From Octopus vulgaris (Eukaryota): a stretch of DNA of 64,000 bases. Every line of letters starts with the position of its first letter. Within the stretch, counting starts at the first letter, position 1. Under the pieces are notes generated by a model. The model was not told the DNA's origin and ran no database searches. It worked only from the letters and a program-made list of their open reading frames with translations. Position numbers and translations under genes: made by a program. The stretch spans positions 14,508,001-14,572,000 of the forward strand of contig OX597843.1 in assembly GCA_951406725.2 (NCBI GenBank), in the 5' to 3' direction. Shown piece by piece: positions 1 to 13,391 of the stretch.

Positions 1-231
1 AAATTGTTTGGAGCATTGAAAGACAGATCTAATACGACTACCAGGAATCTTTGGTGCCTTTGGTAGAGTTCAGTCTGTTGCAAAATTTGGGGCAAGTCCT
101 TGGTTTGATGAATCTATCCTCTGTCTTTCTCTTACTAGTTTTGGAGGCCCTGAGAAGGGCCACAGGCACTGTTGTCACCACTGACTACAAGATATGCTTT
201 AAAATGTGTCATCCTAAATAAGTTTTAGAAT

Positions 232-545
232 ACAGGCACATGGCTCAGTGGTTAGAGCATCAGGTTCACAATCATGAGGTAGTGAGTTCAATTCCTGGAC
301 TGGTCTCTGTGTTGTGTTCTTGAGCAGGACCCTTTATTTCACATTGCTCCAGTTCACTTAGCTGTAGAAATGAGATTCCATGTCACTGATGTGAAGCTGT
401 ATCGACCCCTTTGCCTCTCCCTTGGATAACATCAGTGGTGTGGAGAGAGGAGACTGCATGGGCAACTGCTGGTCTTCCCTAAGACACCTTGCCTGGACTT
501 GTGCCTTGGAGGGGAACTTTCTAGGTGCAACCCCATGGGCATTTA
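232..545 (+). mobile_element. tRNA-derived SINE (degenerate)
   Basis: A-box-like TGGCTCAGTGG (241) and B-box-like GAGTTCAATTCC (284), followed by a body resembling the SINE split around 23645-24590. Confidence 0.6.
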
Positions 546-1320
546 CAGAAACAGGGACTTTACAAAATACCTTTCAATTTTAAAAGACAGGTTTACAGCC
601 AAAATGTTAGCCAAAATACTTTTTAAGCTATAGGGGCCTTAAAAAATATCCCTAAATCTTAAATGATGGGTTTTTACAATTCAATTGCTATATCCTAAAA
701 TCTTTTTAGAAGACAAAACCAGGCATCTTACAAAATAACCCTAAATTTTAAAATGACATGATTACAACCAAAATGTTGTTACCCTAAAATTTCTTCAGGG
801 ACAAAATAGGGACCTTATAAAATAGCCCTATATCTTAAACTAGCACTATGACCCGGCGTTGCTAGTGCTAGTGCATGCATATACAGCTGCGTGTGTGCGC
901 ACATACACACGAGTACTGTCCAAATCTCTGACCAATCACATACAGCTAGCTGGCCATTCAATTGGCGTATCAAGTTTCAGGCATTTTGATTGGGTTTTGG
1001 ATAGAAAATTCACAAAAAAGTCACTTCTATTGATTTTTTAATGGCTTTGCAGGGTGACTGGGGAAATGTAAAGATGTGCATGACCACCCTTGGACGGTTT
1101 TGAATGACCATAGAAAGTGCGAGCCCTCTAACTGAAAAATTGTGGATTTCTATAAAGGACACACACACAGACATTTTGCCGTTTATATATAGAGAGATGA
1201 TGAGTTTACAACTAAAGTGTTGCCACGGTAATCATATTTTAGGGGATAGAAACAGGGAGTTCACAAGACACCTCAAAATTTTTAAAAGATGGGTTTACAA
1301 TCAAAGTGTTGTTACCCTAA
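545..1320. repeat. Degenerate ~85-90 bp AT-rich tandem repeat, interrupted by a Helitron
   Basis: Recurring blocks AGGGAC(C/T)TTACAAAATA..CCTAAAT..TAAA and GTTTACAA.CAAAATGTTGTTACCCTAA, about 5 copies, continuing on both sides of 840-1197. Confidence 0.55.
840..1197 (-). mobile_element. Non-autonomous Helitron
   Basis: - strand starts TCTCTCTATATATAAACGGCA (nearly the same 5' end as the 19821 and 59140 elements) and ends CTAG. Inserted between A and T with no TSD. The subterminal hairpin is partly decayed. Confidence 0.7.
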
Positions 1321-1514
1321 AGAGAAAGAGGGACCAGGTGAAAAGAGCTAATGAACAAAGTAATTAACTACCCTAGGAAAGGAAAATATTGGAGAGGGAC
1401 AAATTTTAAAGGTAAAGAGGAGAAATCCAAGGAAGAACTTTTGAAGTCAGTCTGGGGTGGGGAAGAGATATATATAGGGTATATATATATATTGTTGTCA
1501 TCATCATAGTCACT

Positions 1515-1760
1515 CTAAGAAAGGGTACATCAGATAATGTAGTCCTAGATACACTATGCTAGAATGAAAGGCAGGATGGTCACAGCCGGAACATCTTTGA
1601 TCATTGGTCTGCTGAGTCAGGACTGACCTAGGGCTACACAACAACAATGAAGAGCACATTAGATAATGTAGTCTGAGATACACAATGTCTGAATAAAAGA
1701 CTGGATAGTCACAGCTGGAACCTCTTTGATCATTGGTCTGCGGGATCAGGACCCTTGACG
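1515..1760 (+). repeat. Two tandem copies of a (CAA)n-tailed retroposon segment
   Basis: CACATTAGATAATGTAGTCCTAGATACACTATG...GGTCACAGCTGGAA...TTTGATCA...CTAGGGCTA(A/C)ACAACAAC. Same family at 3110-3245 (-), 36185-36310 and 50725-51190. Confidence 0.65.
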
Positions 1761-1929
1761 CCATGTAAAACTGTATCTCCTCACAAGGGGCTCACTAGCA
1801 CCTCCCACCCACCCAACCTTCACCTTCCAAAGTGGTAGGAGGAAGCTGGAACTCACACCCATCCCCCCACCCCACCCCACCAGTCATTAGATGTCACCAT
1901 TCCTCCATCTTCCACCGTTGCTGTTTTAG

Positions 1930-2030
1930 GTCAGGTGTCAGCAGTCTCTACCAGTGTGGGAAGACTCGTAAAAGCTACGGGTTGTGACTCTCTTTCCGGG
2001 GAGAACAAGAAATTCTATATACACGGGCCT
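1930..2030 (+). CDS. Putative internal exon of an unidentified gene (xQVSAVSTSVGRLVKATGCDSLSGENKKFYIHGP)
   Basis: Unique sequence between repeats. Pyrimidine tract + TTTTAG acceptor (1929) and strong CCT|GTAAGT donor (2031); only one frame open. No homolog recognised. Confidence 0.45.
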
Positions 2031-2059
2031 GTAAGTGTGTGGGGGTTTGTATGTATCCA

Positions 2060-2063
<4 letters not shown>

Positions 2064-2127
<64 letters not shown>

Positions 2128-2737
2128 TATATATGTATATATTCAGTACACAGTGGCCTTACAAAAGGTTATGAGGTCATTTATACATAAATACATACAT
2201 ACATACATACATACACACATACATACATACATACATACATACATACATACACACATACATACATACATACATACATACATACATACATACATACATACAC
2301 ACACATACATACATACATACATACATACATACATAAATACATACATACATACACACATACATACATACATACATACATAAATACATACATACATACATAC
2401 ATACATACACACATACATACATAAATACATACATACATAAATACATACATACATACATACATAAATACATACATACATACATACATACACACATACATAC
2501 ATACATACATACATACATAAATACATACATACACACACATGCACACACACACAAATACCTACATACACACATATACATATGTGTACATCGGTATGTATGT
2601 TTGTGTGTATGTATGTATATATGTATGTGTGTATGTGTGTGTATGTACCTATGTATGTATGCAAGTGTGTGTGCATGCATGTATGTATGTACGTACATAT
2701 GTATGTATGAGAATGCCTACACACACACACACACACA
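2064..2737. repeat. Compound microsatellite (CT)n(AT)n(ACAT)n(ATGT)n
   Basis: Directly visible simple repeats. Confidence 0.95.
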
Positions 2738-2823
2738 TGGAGAGGAGTGGTGTCAATCTGTAGGAGGTGTGACAGGGGACACTAAAATGTCAACAGGATA
2801 TATCTTAGTGTCACAGTGGTGAA

Positions 2824-3090
2824 GTGGTGGTGGTGGTGATGGTGGCGGTGGTAGTGGTGATGGTGATGATGGTGGTGGTGGTGATGGTGGTGATGGTGGT
2901 GATGATGGTGGTGGTGATGGTGGTGATGATGGTGGTGGTGATGGTGGTGATGGTGGTGGTGGTGATGGTGGTGATGGTGGTGATGGTGGTGATTGTGGTG
3001 GAAGTTGGGCGATGGTGATGGTAGTGCTGATGGTACAGGTGGTGGTGGTGGTAGTGGTCATTAGGATGGTGGTTCTGGTGATGCTGCCAA
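2824..3090. repeat. (GGT/GAT)n microsatellite
   Basis: Directly visible. Confidence 0.95.
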
Positions 3091-3372
3091 TAATCAAGAC
3101 AATATTATTGTTATTGTTGCTGTTGTTTAGCCCCAGGTAGGTCTTGATCCAGCAGACCTATGATCAAAGCTGTTCCACTTGTGACCATCCTGTCTTTTAT
3201 TCTGACATAGTGTATCTAGGACTACATTATCTAATGTGTCTTGCCTCATTGTTTAGATATGTATATATCTTTTATCTTTTATTTCTTAGTTGTTCCAGAC
3301 TGTGGCCATGCTGGAGCAGTCTTGAGAATTTTTTACTCAAATGAACCCCGCCTCCTACTATCTTTCTTATTT

Positions 3373-3966
3373 CTTTACTGCCCACAAGGGGCTACACACA
3401 GAGGGGACAAACAAGGATAGAAAAATGGATTGAGTCGATTATATCGACCCCAGTGCATAACTGGTACTTATTTAATCGACCCCGAAAGGATGAAAGGCAA
3501 AGTTAACGTCGGCGGAATTTGAACTCAGAATGTAGTGGCAGACGAAATACCTATTTCTTTACTACCCACAAGGAGCTAAACACAGAGGGGACAAACAAGG
3601 ACAAACAAGCGGATTAAGTTGATTATATCGACCCCAGTGCGTAACTGGTACTTATTTAATCGACCCCGAAAGGATGAAAGGCAAAGTCGACCTCGGCGGA
3701 ATTTGAACTAAGAACGTAGCAGCAGACGAAATACCTATTTGTTTACTACCCACAAGGGGCTGAACATAGAGAGGACAAACAAGGACAGACAAAAGGATTA
3801 AGTTGATTATATCAACCCCAGTGCATAACTGGTACTTATTTAATCGACCCCGAAAGGATGAAAGGCAAAGTTGACCTCGGCGGAATTTGAACTCAGAACG
3901 TAAAGACAGATGAAATACCGCTAAGCATTTCGCCCAGCATGCTAACGATTCTGCCAGCTCACCCAC
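3373..3966 (-). mobile_element. Head-to-tail trimer of SINE family B (tRNA head + Nin/Deu-like domain)
   Basis: Three ~180-bp units containing GCCTTTCATCCTTTCGGGGTCGAT..AAGTACCAG on the - strand. Only the last unit has the 5' head GGTGAGCTGGCAGAATCGTTAGC. Confidence 0.85.
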
Positions 3967-4149
3967 CTGCATCCTATCTTTCTCTTTCAAGCCTGGTCCT
4001 TATTCTATCGGTTTCTATTGCCAAAGGTCCCAAACGTATAGGGACCTAAACACACCAAGTCTATGTCACTGTTTATGTGGAAGTTAGGTTTGATTGTTGG
4101 TGTTTTTTTGGGGGTTTCACATGAATGCCTTGGATCTCATCAAGCATCC

Positions 4150-4476
4150 AATTAAGCATCCCAAGTGTTGTTTTGTATGAACCAAGGTACAAATATATGG
4201 GAAACTACCACCTGTGTCATCTCTTGTGAAAGGTAGAAGAGTCCAGTTTGCTGGACATTGTTGTAGAGCTGAAAATGAGGTAATTTCTGCTCTTCTCCTC
4301 TGGAAGCCATCTGCTCCTGATACCAGAGGGTGCACACTCTCCTGCCCTGATGTAATCTCCAGGGATACAGGCATCCAGCAACAGGACCTCCGTAATGCTA
4401 TGATGGACTGTGAAGTCTGGTGTAGCATGGCAAATTCCATTGTCTCGACCACGGTCGAACAATGATGATGATGATG
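4150..4476 (+). mobile_element. 3' end of an RTE-group LINE
   Basis: ORF SSLVKGRRVQFAGHCCRAENE..LLLWKP..DVISRDTG..LRNAMMD..W resembles an RTE-type ORF C-terminus and is followed directly by a (TGA)n tail. Confidence 0.7.
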
Positions 4477-4508
4477 TATGTATGAGTGTGGATGTATTGA
4501 CGTATGTA

Positions 4509-4545
<37 letters not shown>

Positions 4546-4678
4546 GCATGTATGTGTGCAAGTGTATATACACACACACACACACACACAATTCCTTAAT
4601 AGATGAAATGGTCCCTTGTCATTCATTAATTTCTTATTTCACTCTGTTATTGATTTACACTTTTTACTGAAGCATTTG

Positions 4679-6103
4679 TACGAAGGTGAACTGAAAAGTT
4701 CAGAGGGTTTACTATGAAGGGGTGATGCTACAGGTGTGAAATCTTGCATGCATTAACTTCAGCCCTTCTTCTTAATAACTGCATTGTTTCCTTCCAGGTA
4801 AATTGACACCTGACTGTTCAAAGGAGACTTCAAACATAACAAGTAACAAATTCTCTTGAACGTGGACAAAATTTGGACCTGCAGGGAAAGGGTTTAGTCC
4901 CCACGGACACTCATGCTGACATGGTTGCTACATTAGGGGACGACACTCCAGCTTTATCAACAGTTCAAAAGTGAGCAGATGAATTTAGAAGGGGAAGAGA
5001 GTGTCATGATGAGGACCTAATGTCTAGACATCCCACAGTGGCCACCACCAAAGAAAACACTGGTTGTGTTCACCACATGTTGATGGAATCAAGGTGATTG
5101 ACTATAAATCGAATTGCCAATGCTATTAGCAGCATATCATGTGAGGGAGTTGAGAATATTCTGCACAATGAACTCAGCATGACAAAGGTTTCAGATTGGT
5201 GGGTGCCATGTCTTCTCACACCCGATTAAAAGCATCCCAGGATTTGACTGGTAACATTCCTTTATACTTATTTTATATATATCATCATCATCATCATTGT
5301 TTAACATCAAATTCTCCTGATTTGGTCCCATCTGACTATCATCTGCGGCCATGCTGGAGCACCGCCTTTAGTCGAGTATATCGACCCCAGGACTTATTCT
5401 ATCAGTCTCTGACACTGACCGAGGCAGATCCAGCTGGTTTCCTTGAGTGTTTCCTAAGCCAGGATGAGTGTTGGGTTCATCACTTTTGAGCCAGAGACAA
5501 AGGGACAATCCGTGCAGTCGGTGGAAGCATTCCCCCTCACCTGCTCCAAAGAAGGCCAAGGTCCTTTCATCTGCAGGGAAGGTCATGGCCTCAGTTGTTT
5601 GGGATGCAAAAGACATTGTGTTTATTGACCTCCTTCAAATGAGCCACACAATCAATGGAGAATAATATGCCAACTTTCTGAGGCATTTACGAAAGACCAT
5701 CAAGACCAAATGCCCAAGAAAACTGACGAAAGGGGTCTTGTTTCATCAGGACAATGCTCCAGCACACAAGTTCTTGCTTTCAATGGCTGCTTATTGTGGT
5801 TTTAAAGGGGTTGATCAGCCTCCCTATTCTCCTGATTTGGCCCCATCTGGCTATCATCTTTAATGTTCCCCAACATTAAAAAAAACACACTCAGCTGGGA
5901 ACCAGTGTCACAGTGAATATGATGTCGTGTCTGCTGTCGATGACATTTTTGTCCAGAAGGATGAAGGCTCCGCAGAACCAATGGGGTCCACGCACTGCAG
6001 GACCAATGGAAGAAGTGTGTGCGCCAGTATGGGAACTGACTAGGGTGTAAAATAAACGATGTAAGGATCTTGGTCAGCCTAATGAACTTTTCAGCTGACC
6101 TCA
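4679..6103 (+). mobile_element. Degenerate mariner DNA transposon
   Basis: Transposase remnants WVP (5198), WKHSPSPAPKKAK..SAGKVMASVVWDAKDIVFID, FHQDNAPAH (5741), PYSPDLAPS (5822). Decayed TIRs CGAAGGTGAACTGAAAAGTTCA / TGAACTTTTCAGCTGACCTCA. Frameshifted and interrupted. Confidence 0.85.
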
Positions 6104-6668
6104 CTTGCATAGCAAGGGGGTGCAGTAGGGGCAGCACTTTTAAATGGGCATCACTTTTGGGTCTGCTGTAGACAATGTGCGTTTTTTGTGGGGTCTGGGG
6201 AGGCAAATGGAAGGGCCACCCCGGGTGGCACACACTCTAGCTACGCTAGTGGCTGACCCTCATATATGGAGATCTAACAGCAACTTATTAGTATCGTTAT
6301 AACTATGTAAAATATTGGTTCCAAATTTTGGCACAAGGCCAGCAATGTTAGGCGAGGGAGTAAGTTGATTACATCGACCCCAGTGCGCAGCTGGTACTTT
6401 ATTTTATTGAACCCCACTGAAAGGATGAAAAGCAAAGATGACCTTGGTGGGATTTGAACTCAGAATGTAAAGATGGATGGAATGCTGTCTAGCATTCTGC
6501 TAGTTTGGCAAAATTTTAAAACATATATGTGTGTGTGTGTGTGCGTGGGGTATGTGCATGGTGTGTGTGTGTGTGTGCGTGGGGTGTGTGCATGGTGTGT
6601 GTGTGCGTGCATGGTGTGTGTGTGTGTGCGTGGGGTGTGTGTGTACAAGGGGGGTGTATGGGGTGTGT

Positions 6669-6901
6669 GGCGGTGAGCTGGCAGAATTGTTAGCACGCTG
6701 GACGAAATGCGTAGCCGTATCTCGTCTGCCGCTACGTTCTGAGTTCAAATTCCGCCGAGGTTGACTTTGCCTTTCATCCTTTCGGGGTCGATAAATAAAG
6801 TACCAGTTACGCACTGGGATTGATAAAATTGACTTAATTTGTTTGTCAGTCCTTGTTCGTCCCCTCTGTGTTTAGCCCCTTGTGGGTAGTAAAGAAATAG
6901 G
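6669..6901 (+). mobile_element. Full-length SINE family B monomer
   Basis: GGCGGTGAGCTGGCAGAA head, B-box GAGTTCAAATTCC, Nin/Deu-like core, tail ..GTAGTAAAGAAATAG. Other copies at about 25243-25482 (-), 56655-56830 (-), 63321-63552 (-), plus many decayed ones. Confidence 0.85.
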
Positions 6902-7146
6902 TGAGTGTGTGTGTTACTGTCTCCTCACCTTGTCTTCTCATGATAGTCGTAAACGAGTGCCACTGTCATGCAAGCAGTGCCCTTCTTTCCCAATCCGTCT
7001 TCTGAGACAGGTTTGGTCAGGAGATAAATATTACCTTAATTAGAAACAGGAGGGGGTTGGTGACAGGGAGGGCATCCCATGGTTAGAAAAGTATGCCTCG
7101 TCAAATTCTGTAAAGACCCACACGAGCAAAGAAAGTGGACATTAAA

Positions 7147-7349
7147 TGATGATGATGGTAGTGGTGGTAGTGGAGGTGATGATGATAGTGATGATGAAGA
7201 TGATGATAGTGATGATGAAGATGATGATGGTGATGACGATGATGATAGTGATGAAGATGATGATGATGGTGATGTTGATTATAGCAATGGAGGTGGTGAT
7301 GTGGTGGCAGTGATGATGACAATGACGATGGTGATGATGATGATGATGA
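7147..7349. repeat. (GAT/GGT)n microsatellite, tail of a retroposon fragment at ~6905-7146
   Basis: Visible repeat following GTGGACATTAAA; the same tail motif is at 37460, 41275 (-), 59790 (-) and 63190 (-). Confidence 0.8.
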
Positions 7350-8900
7350 TATCAGTCACCAAGAATACTTTGGCACTATTAAATTCACCATTTACAGCAG
7401 ACTAATGGTGCTTTTTTTTTTTACATCATGTTTATTGATTTGTCCTGTGCTGGAATTTACTCTCTGGCATTATTTGGTCAGCAGAGATTACCATAAATGG
7501 TGCCATAGGTCTTTGAATAATAAATATTTGTCTGAATAAAATGTATATATGAGTCAGCTTTTCAGTGAGATGGTCGCAAATGGGTCGGTGGTTTGAATAT
7601 TTTAGTACCATTTTCAAAACACTACTACGACAGACTTAACAGTTCTGCATCTACAACACCATCCAAGCAACATCGATTCTCCAAATACTATTGGAAGAAT
7701 TTTGTTCTATATATTCCTGGGAGTTGATGAGCCAATGAAGACAGCCGTGTGTGGTTGCTTGATGTGTGAGAAATAGCTGCTAAACCTCCCTCAAATCATC
7801 TCCTACTCTCTTATGTAGGTGCAGTCATGGATACCAGTAAGGCATGGTTATTTGGTAAGAAGTTTGCTTCCCAACTACATTGTTCTGGGTTCTGTCCCAC
7901 TGTGTGGCACCTTGGGCAAGTCTCCCTTATTGGCTCCCTCATTGGTTCATACATACATAAGACAGTAGGATGTGATTTGAAAGAGATTTAGCTGCTATTT
8001 CAAGCAGGTCTACTTACCATGTAGAGGTCTCCCTCATTGGCTCATACATACATATATACATACATAAGAGAGTAGGGTGTTGTTTGAGGGAGATTTGACG
8101 GTTATTTCTAGCAGGTCTAGCTACCATGTAGAGGTCTCCCTCATTGGCTCATACATACATATATACATACATAAGAGAGTAGGGTGTGATTTGAGTTAGA
8201 TTTGGCTGCTATTTCTACCAGGTCTAGCTACCATGTAGAGGTCTCCCTCATTGGCTCCTACATACATATATACATACATAAGAGAGTAGGGTGTTGTTTG
8301 AGGGAGATTTGACTGTTATTTCTAGCAGGTCTAGCTACCATGTAGAGGTCTCCCTCATTGGCTCATACATACATATATACATACATAAGAGAGTAGGGTG
8401 TGATTTGAGTGAGATTTGGCTGCTATTTCTACCAGGTCTAGCTACCATGTAGAGGTCTCCCTCATTGGCTCATACATACATATATACATACATAAGAGAG
8501 TAGGGTGTTGTTTGAGGGAGATTTGACTGTTATTTCTAGCAGGTCTAGCTACCATGTAGAGGTCTCCCTCATTGGCTCATACATACATATATACATACAT
8601 AAGAGAGTAGGGTGTTGTTTGAGGGAGATTTGGCTGTTATTTCTAGCAGGTCTAGCTACCATGTAGAGGTCTCCCTCGTTGGCTCATACATACATATATA
8701 CATACATAAGAGAGTAGGGTGTGATTTGAAAGAGATTTAGCTGCTATTTCAAGCAGGTCTAGTTACCATGTAGAAGTCTCCCTTATTGGCACATGCATAC
8801 ATACATGAAGCTGAAGCTTGATTTGAGGGAGATTTGACTGCCATTTCTGCCATGTCTAGCTACCATGTAGGCGTCTTCCTCATTCACTTGTACATACATA

Positions 8901-9104
8901 CAAGGGGGTTCTAAAAAGTTCCTAGTTTTAAGGGTATCAGGACAGGCCTGGTTGGAGGCCCAACCTTTTGAGTCCTTTTACAGGGCTTAGGAAAACTGAA
9001 GGACCCCCTACAATGAGTGTTTGAACCTGAGAGGGGAATATGGTGAATAAAATCCTTCTGTATTTTCTTTTACCTCAAGTCAGGAACTTCTCAGCTTACC
9101 CTTG
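8901..9104. mobile_element. Mariner-derived MITE inside the satellite
   Basis: TA|CAAGGGGGTTCTAAAAAGTTCCT ... AGGAACTTCTCAGCTTACCCTTG|TA: imperfect TIRs with TA duplication. Confidence 0.65.
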
Positions 9105-12100
9105 TATACATAAAACGGTGGGGTGTATTTGAAGGAGATTTGGCTGCTATTTCTAGCAGGTCTAGCTACTATGTAGAGGTCTCACTCATTGGCTCATACA
9201 TACATAAGAGAGTAGGGTGTTGTTTGTGGGAGAATTGGCTGTTATTTCTAGCAGGTCTAGCTACCATGTAGAGGTCTCCCTCATTGGCTCATACGTACAT
9301 ATATACATACATAAGAGAGTAGGGTGTTGTTTGAGGGAGATTTGGCTGTTATTTCTACCAGGTCTAGCTACCATGTAGAGGTCTCCCTCATTGGCTCATA
9401 CATACATATATACATACATAAGAGAGTAGGGTGTTGTTTGAGGGAGATCTGGCTGTTATTTCTAGAAGGTCTAGCTACCATGTAGAGGTCTCCCTCATTG
9501 GCTCATACATACATATATACATACATAAGAGAGTAGGGTGTTGTTTGAGGGAGATTTGGCTGTTATTTCTAGCAGGTCTAGCTACCATGTAGAGGTCTCC
9601 CTCATTGGCTCATACATACGTATATACATACATAAGAGAGTAGGGTGTTGTTTGAGGGAGATTTGGCTGTTATTTCTAGCAGGTCTAGCTAGCATGTAGA
9701 GGTCTCCCTTATTGGCTCATACATACATAAGAGAGTAGGGTGTTGTTTGTGGGAGATTTGGCTGTTATTTCTACCGGGTCTAGCTACCATGTAGAGGTCT
9801 ACCTCATTGGCTCATACATACATATATACATATATAAGAGAGTAGGGTGTTGTTTAAGGGAGATCTGGCTGTTATTACTAGCAGGTCTAGCTACCATGTA
9901 GAGGTCTCCCTCATTGGCTCATACATACATATATACATACATAAGAGAGTAGGGTGTTGCTTGAGGGAGATCTGGCTGTTATTTCTATCAGGTCTAGCTA
10001 CCATGTAGAGGTCTCCCTCATTGGCTCATACATACATATATACATACATAAGAGAGTAGGGTGTTGTTTGAGGGAGATCTGGCTGTTATTTCTACCAGGT
10101 CTAGCTACCATGTAGAGGTCACCCTCATTGGCTCATACATACATATATACATATATATAAGAGAGTAGGGTGTTGTTTGAGGGAGATCTGGCTGTTATTT
10201 CTAGCACGTCTAGCTACCATGTAGAGGTCTCCCTCATTGGCTCATACATACATATATACATACATAAGAGAGTAGGGTGTTGTTTGAGGGAGATTTGGCT
10301 GTTATTTCTACCAGGTCAAGCTACGATGTAGAGGTCTCCCTCATTGGCTAATACATACATATATACATACAAAAGAGAGTAGGGTGTTGTTTGAGGGAGA
10401 TTTGGCTGATATTTCTAGCAGGTCTAGCTACCATATAGAGGTGTCCCTCATTGGCTCATACATACGTATATACATACATAAGAGAGTAGAGTGTTGTTTG
10501 AGGGAGATTTGGCTGTTATTTCTACCAAGTCTAGCTACCATGTAGAGGTCTCCCTCATTGGCTCATACATACATATATAAATATACATAAGAGAGTAGCG
10601 TGTTGTTGGAGAGAGATTTGGCTGTTATTTCTAGCAGGTCTGGCTACCATGTAGAGGTCTCCCTCATTGGCTCATACATACATATATACATACATAAGAG
10701 AGTAGGGTGTTGTTTGTGGGAGATTTGGCTGTTATTTCTAGCAGGTCTAGCTACCATGTAGAGGTCTCCCTCATTGGCTCATACATACATATATACATAC
10801 ATAAGAGAGTAGGGTGTTGTTTGAGGGAGATCTGGCTGTTATTTCTAGCAGATCTAGCTACCATGTAGAGGTCTCCCTCATTGGCTCATACATACATATA
10901 TATATACATAAGAGAGTACATATACATAAGAGAGTAGCATGTGAGTGGAGGGAGATTGGCTGTTATATCTATCAGGTCTAGCTACCATGTAGAGGTCTCC
11001 TTCATTGGCTCATACATACATATATACGTACATAAAATAGTAGGGTGTTGTTTGAGGGAGATTTGGCTGTTATTTCTAGCAGGTCTAGCTACCACGTAGA
11101 GGTCTCCCTCATTGGCTCATACATACATATATGCATACATAAGAGAGTAGGGTGTTGTTTGAGGGAGATTTGGCTGTTATTTCTACCAGATCTAGCTACC
11201 AAGTAAAGGTCTCCCTCATTGGCTCATACATACATATATACATACATAAGAGAGTAGGGTGTTGTTTGAGAGAGATTTAGCTGTTATTTCTAGCAGGTCT
11301 AGCTACCTTGTAGAGGTCTCCCTCATTGGCTCATACATACATATATCCATACATAAGAGTGTAGGGTGTTGTTTGAGGGAGATTTGGCTGTTATTTGTAG
11401 CAGGTCTAGCTACCATGTAGAGGTCACCCTCATTGGCTCATACATACATATATACATACATAAGAGAGTAGGGTGTTGTTTGAGGGAGATTTGGCTGTTA
11501 TTTCTACCAGATCTAGCTACCATGTAGAGGTCTCCCTCATTGGCTCATACATACATAGGAGAGTAGGGTGTTGTTTAAGGGAGATTTGGCTGTTATTTCT
11601 AGCAGGTCTAGCTACCATGTACAGGTCTCCCTCATTGGCTCATACATACATATATACATACATAAGAGAGTAGGGTGTTGTTTGAGGGAGATTTGGCTGT
11701 TATTTTACCAGATCTAGCAACCATGTAGAGGTCTTCCTCATTGGCTCATACATACATATATACATACATAAGAGAGTAGGGTGTTGTTTGAGGGACATTT
11801 GGCTGTTATTTCTAGCAGGTCTAGCTACCATGTAGAGGTCTCCCTCATTGGCTCATACATACATATATAGAAACATAAGAGAGTAGGGTGTAGTTTGAGG
11901 GAGATCTGGCTGTTATTTCTACCAGGTCTAGCTACCATGTAGAGGTCTCCCTCATTGGGTCATACATACATATATACATACATAAGAGAGTAGGGTGTTG
12001 TTTGAGGGAGATCTGGCTGTCATTTGTAGCAGGTCTAGCTACCATGTAGAGGTTTCCCTCATTGGCTCATACATACATATATACATACATAAGAGAGTAG

Positions 12101-13291
12101 GGTGCTGTTTGAGGAAGATTTGGCTGTTATTTCTAGCAGGTCTAGCTACCATGTAGAGGTCTCCCTCATTGGCTCATACATGCATATATACATACATAAG
12201 AGAGTAGGGTGTTGTTTGAGGGATATTTGGCTGTTATTTCTACCAGATCTAGCTACCATGTAGAGGTCTCCTTCATTGGCTCATACATACATATATACAT
12301 ACATAAGAGAGTTGGGTGTTGTTTGAGGGAGATTTGGCTGTTATTTCTACCAGGTCTATCTACCATGTAGTGGTGTCCCTCATTGGCTCATACATACATA
12401 TATACATACATAGGAGAGTAGGGTGTTGTTTGAGGGAGATTTGGCTGTTATTTCTACCAGATCTAGCTACCATGTAAAGGTCTCCCTCATTGGCTCATAC
12501 ATACATATATACATACATAAGAGAGTAGGGTGTTGTTTGAGAGAGATTTAGCTGTTATTTCTAGCAGGTCTAGCTACCTTGTAGAGGTCTCCCTCATTGG
12601 CTCATACATACATATATAGATACATAAGAGAGTAGGGTGTAGTTTGAGGGAGATCTGGCTGTTATTTCTACCAGGTCTAGCTACCATGTAGAGGTCTCCC
12701 TCATTGGCTCATACATACATATATACATACATAAGAGAGTAGGGTGTTGTTTGAGGGAGATCTGGCTGTCATTTCTAGCAGGTCTAGCTACCATGTAGAG
12801 GTCTCCCTCATTGGCTCATACATACATATATACATACATAAGAGAGTAGGGTGTTGTTTGAGGGAGATTTGGCTGTTATTTCTAGCAGGTCTAGCTACCA
12901 TGTAGAGGTCTCCCTCATTGGCTCATACATGCATATATACATACATAAGAGAGTAGGGTGTTGTTTGAGGGAGATTTGGCTGTTATTTCTACCAGGTCTA
13001 GCTACCATGTAGAGGTCTCCCTCATTGGCTCATACATACATATATACATACATAAGAGAGTAGGGTGTTGTTTGAGGGAGATTTGGCTGTTATTTCTACC
13101 AGGTCTATCTACCATGTAGAGGTCTCCCTCATTGGCTCATACATACATATATATATACATAAGAGAGTAGGGTGTTGTTTGAGGGAGATTTGGCTGTTAT
13201 TTCTAGCAGGTCTAGCTACCATGTAGAGGTCTCCCTCATTGGCTCATACATACATATATACATACATAAGAGAGTAGGGTGTTGTTTGAGA

Positions 13292-13391
13292 NNNNNNNNN
13301 NNNNNNNNNNNNNNNNNNNNNNNNNNNNNNNNNNNNNNNNNNNNNNNNNNNNNNNNNNNNNNNNNNNNNNNNNNNNNNNNNNNNNNNNNNN
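13292..13391. other. Assembly gap (100 N)
   Basis: Run of N within the satellite. Confidence 1.

Noticed and set aside
2039-3097. Long YIHT/MYVC, poly-V and poly-P ORFs (also 7079, 30460, 38417, 52480, 60921)
   Set aside because: Microsatellite translations.
9146-9158. GCTAGAAATAGCA on the - strand resembles the engineered SpCas9 sgRNA tetraloop
   Set aside because: 13-nt match to a simple GNRA hairpin; no other scaffold sequence; coincidence.
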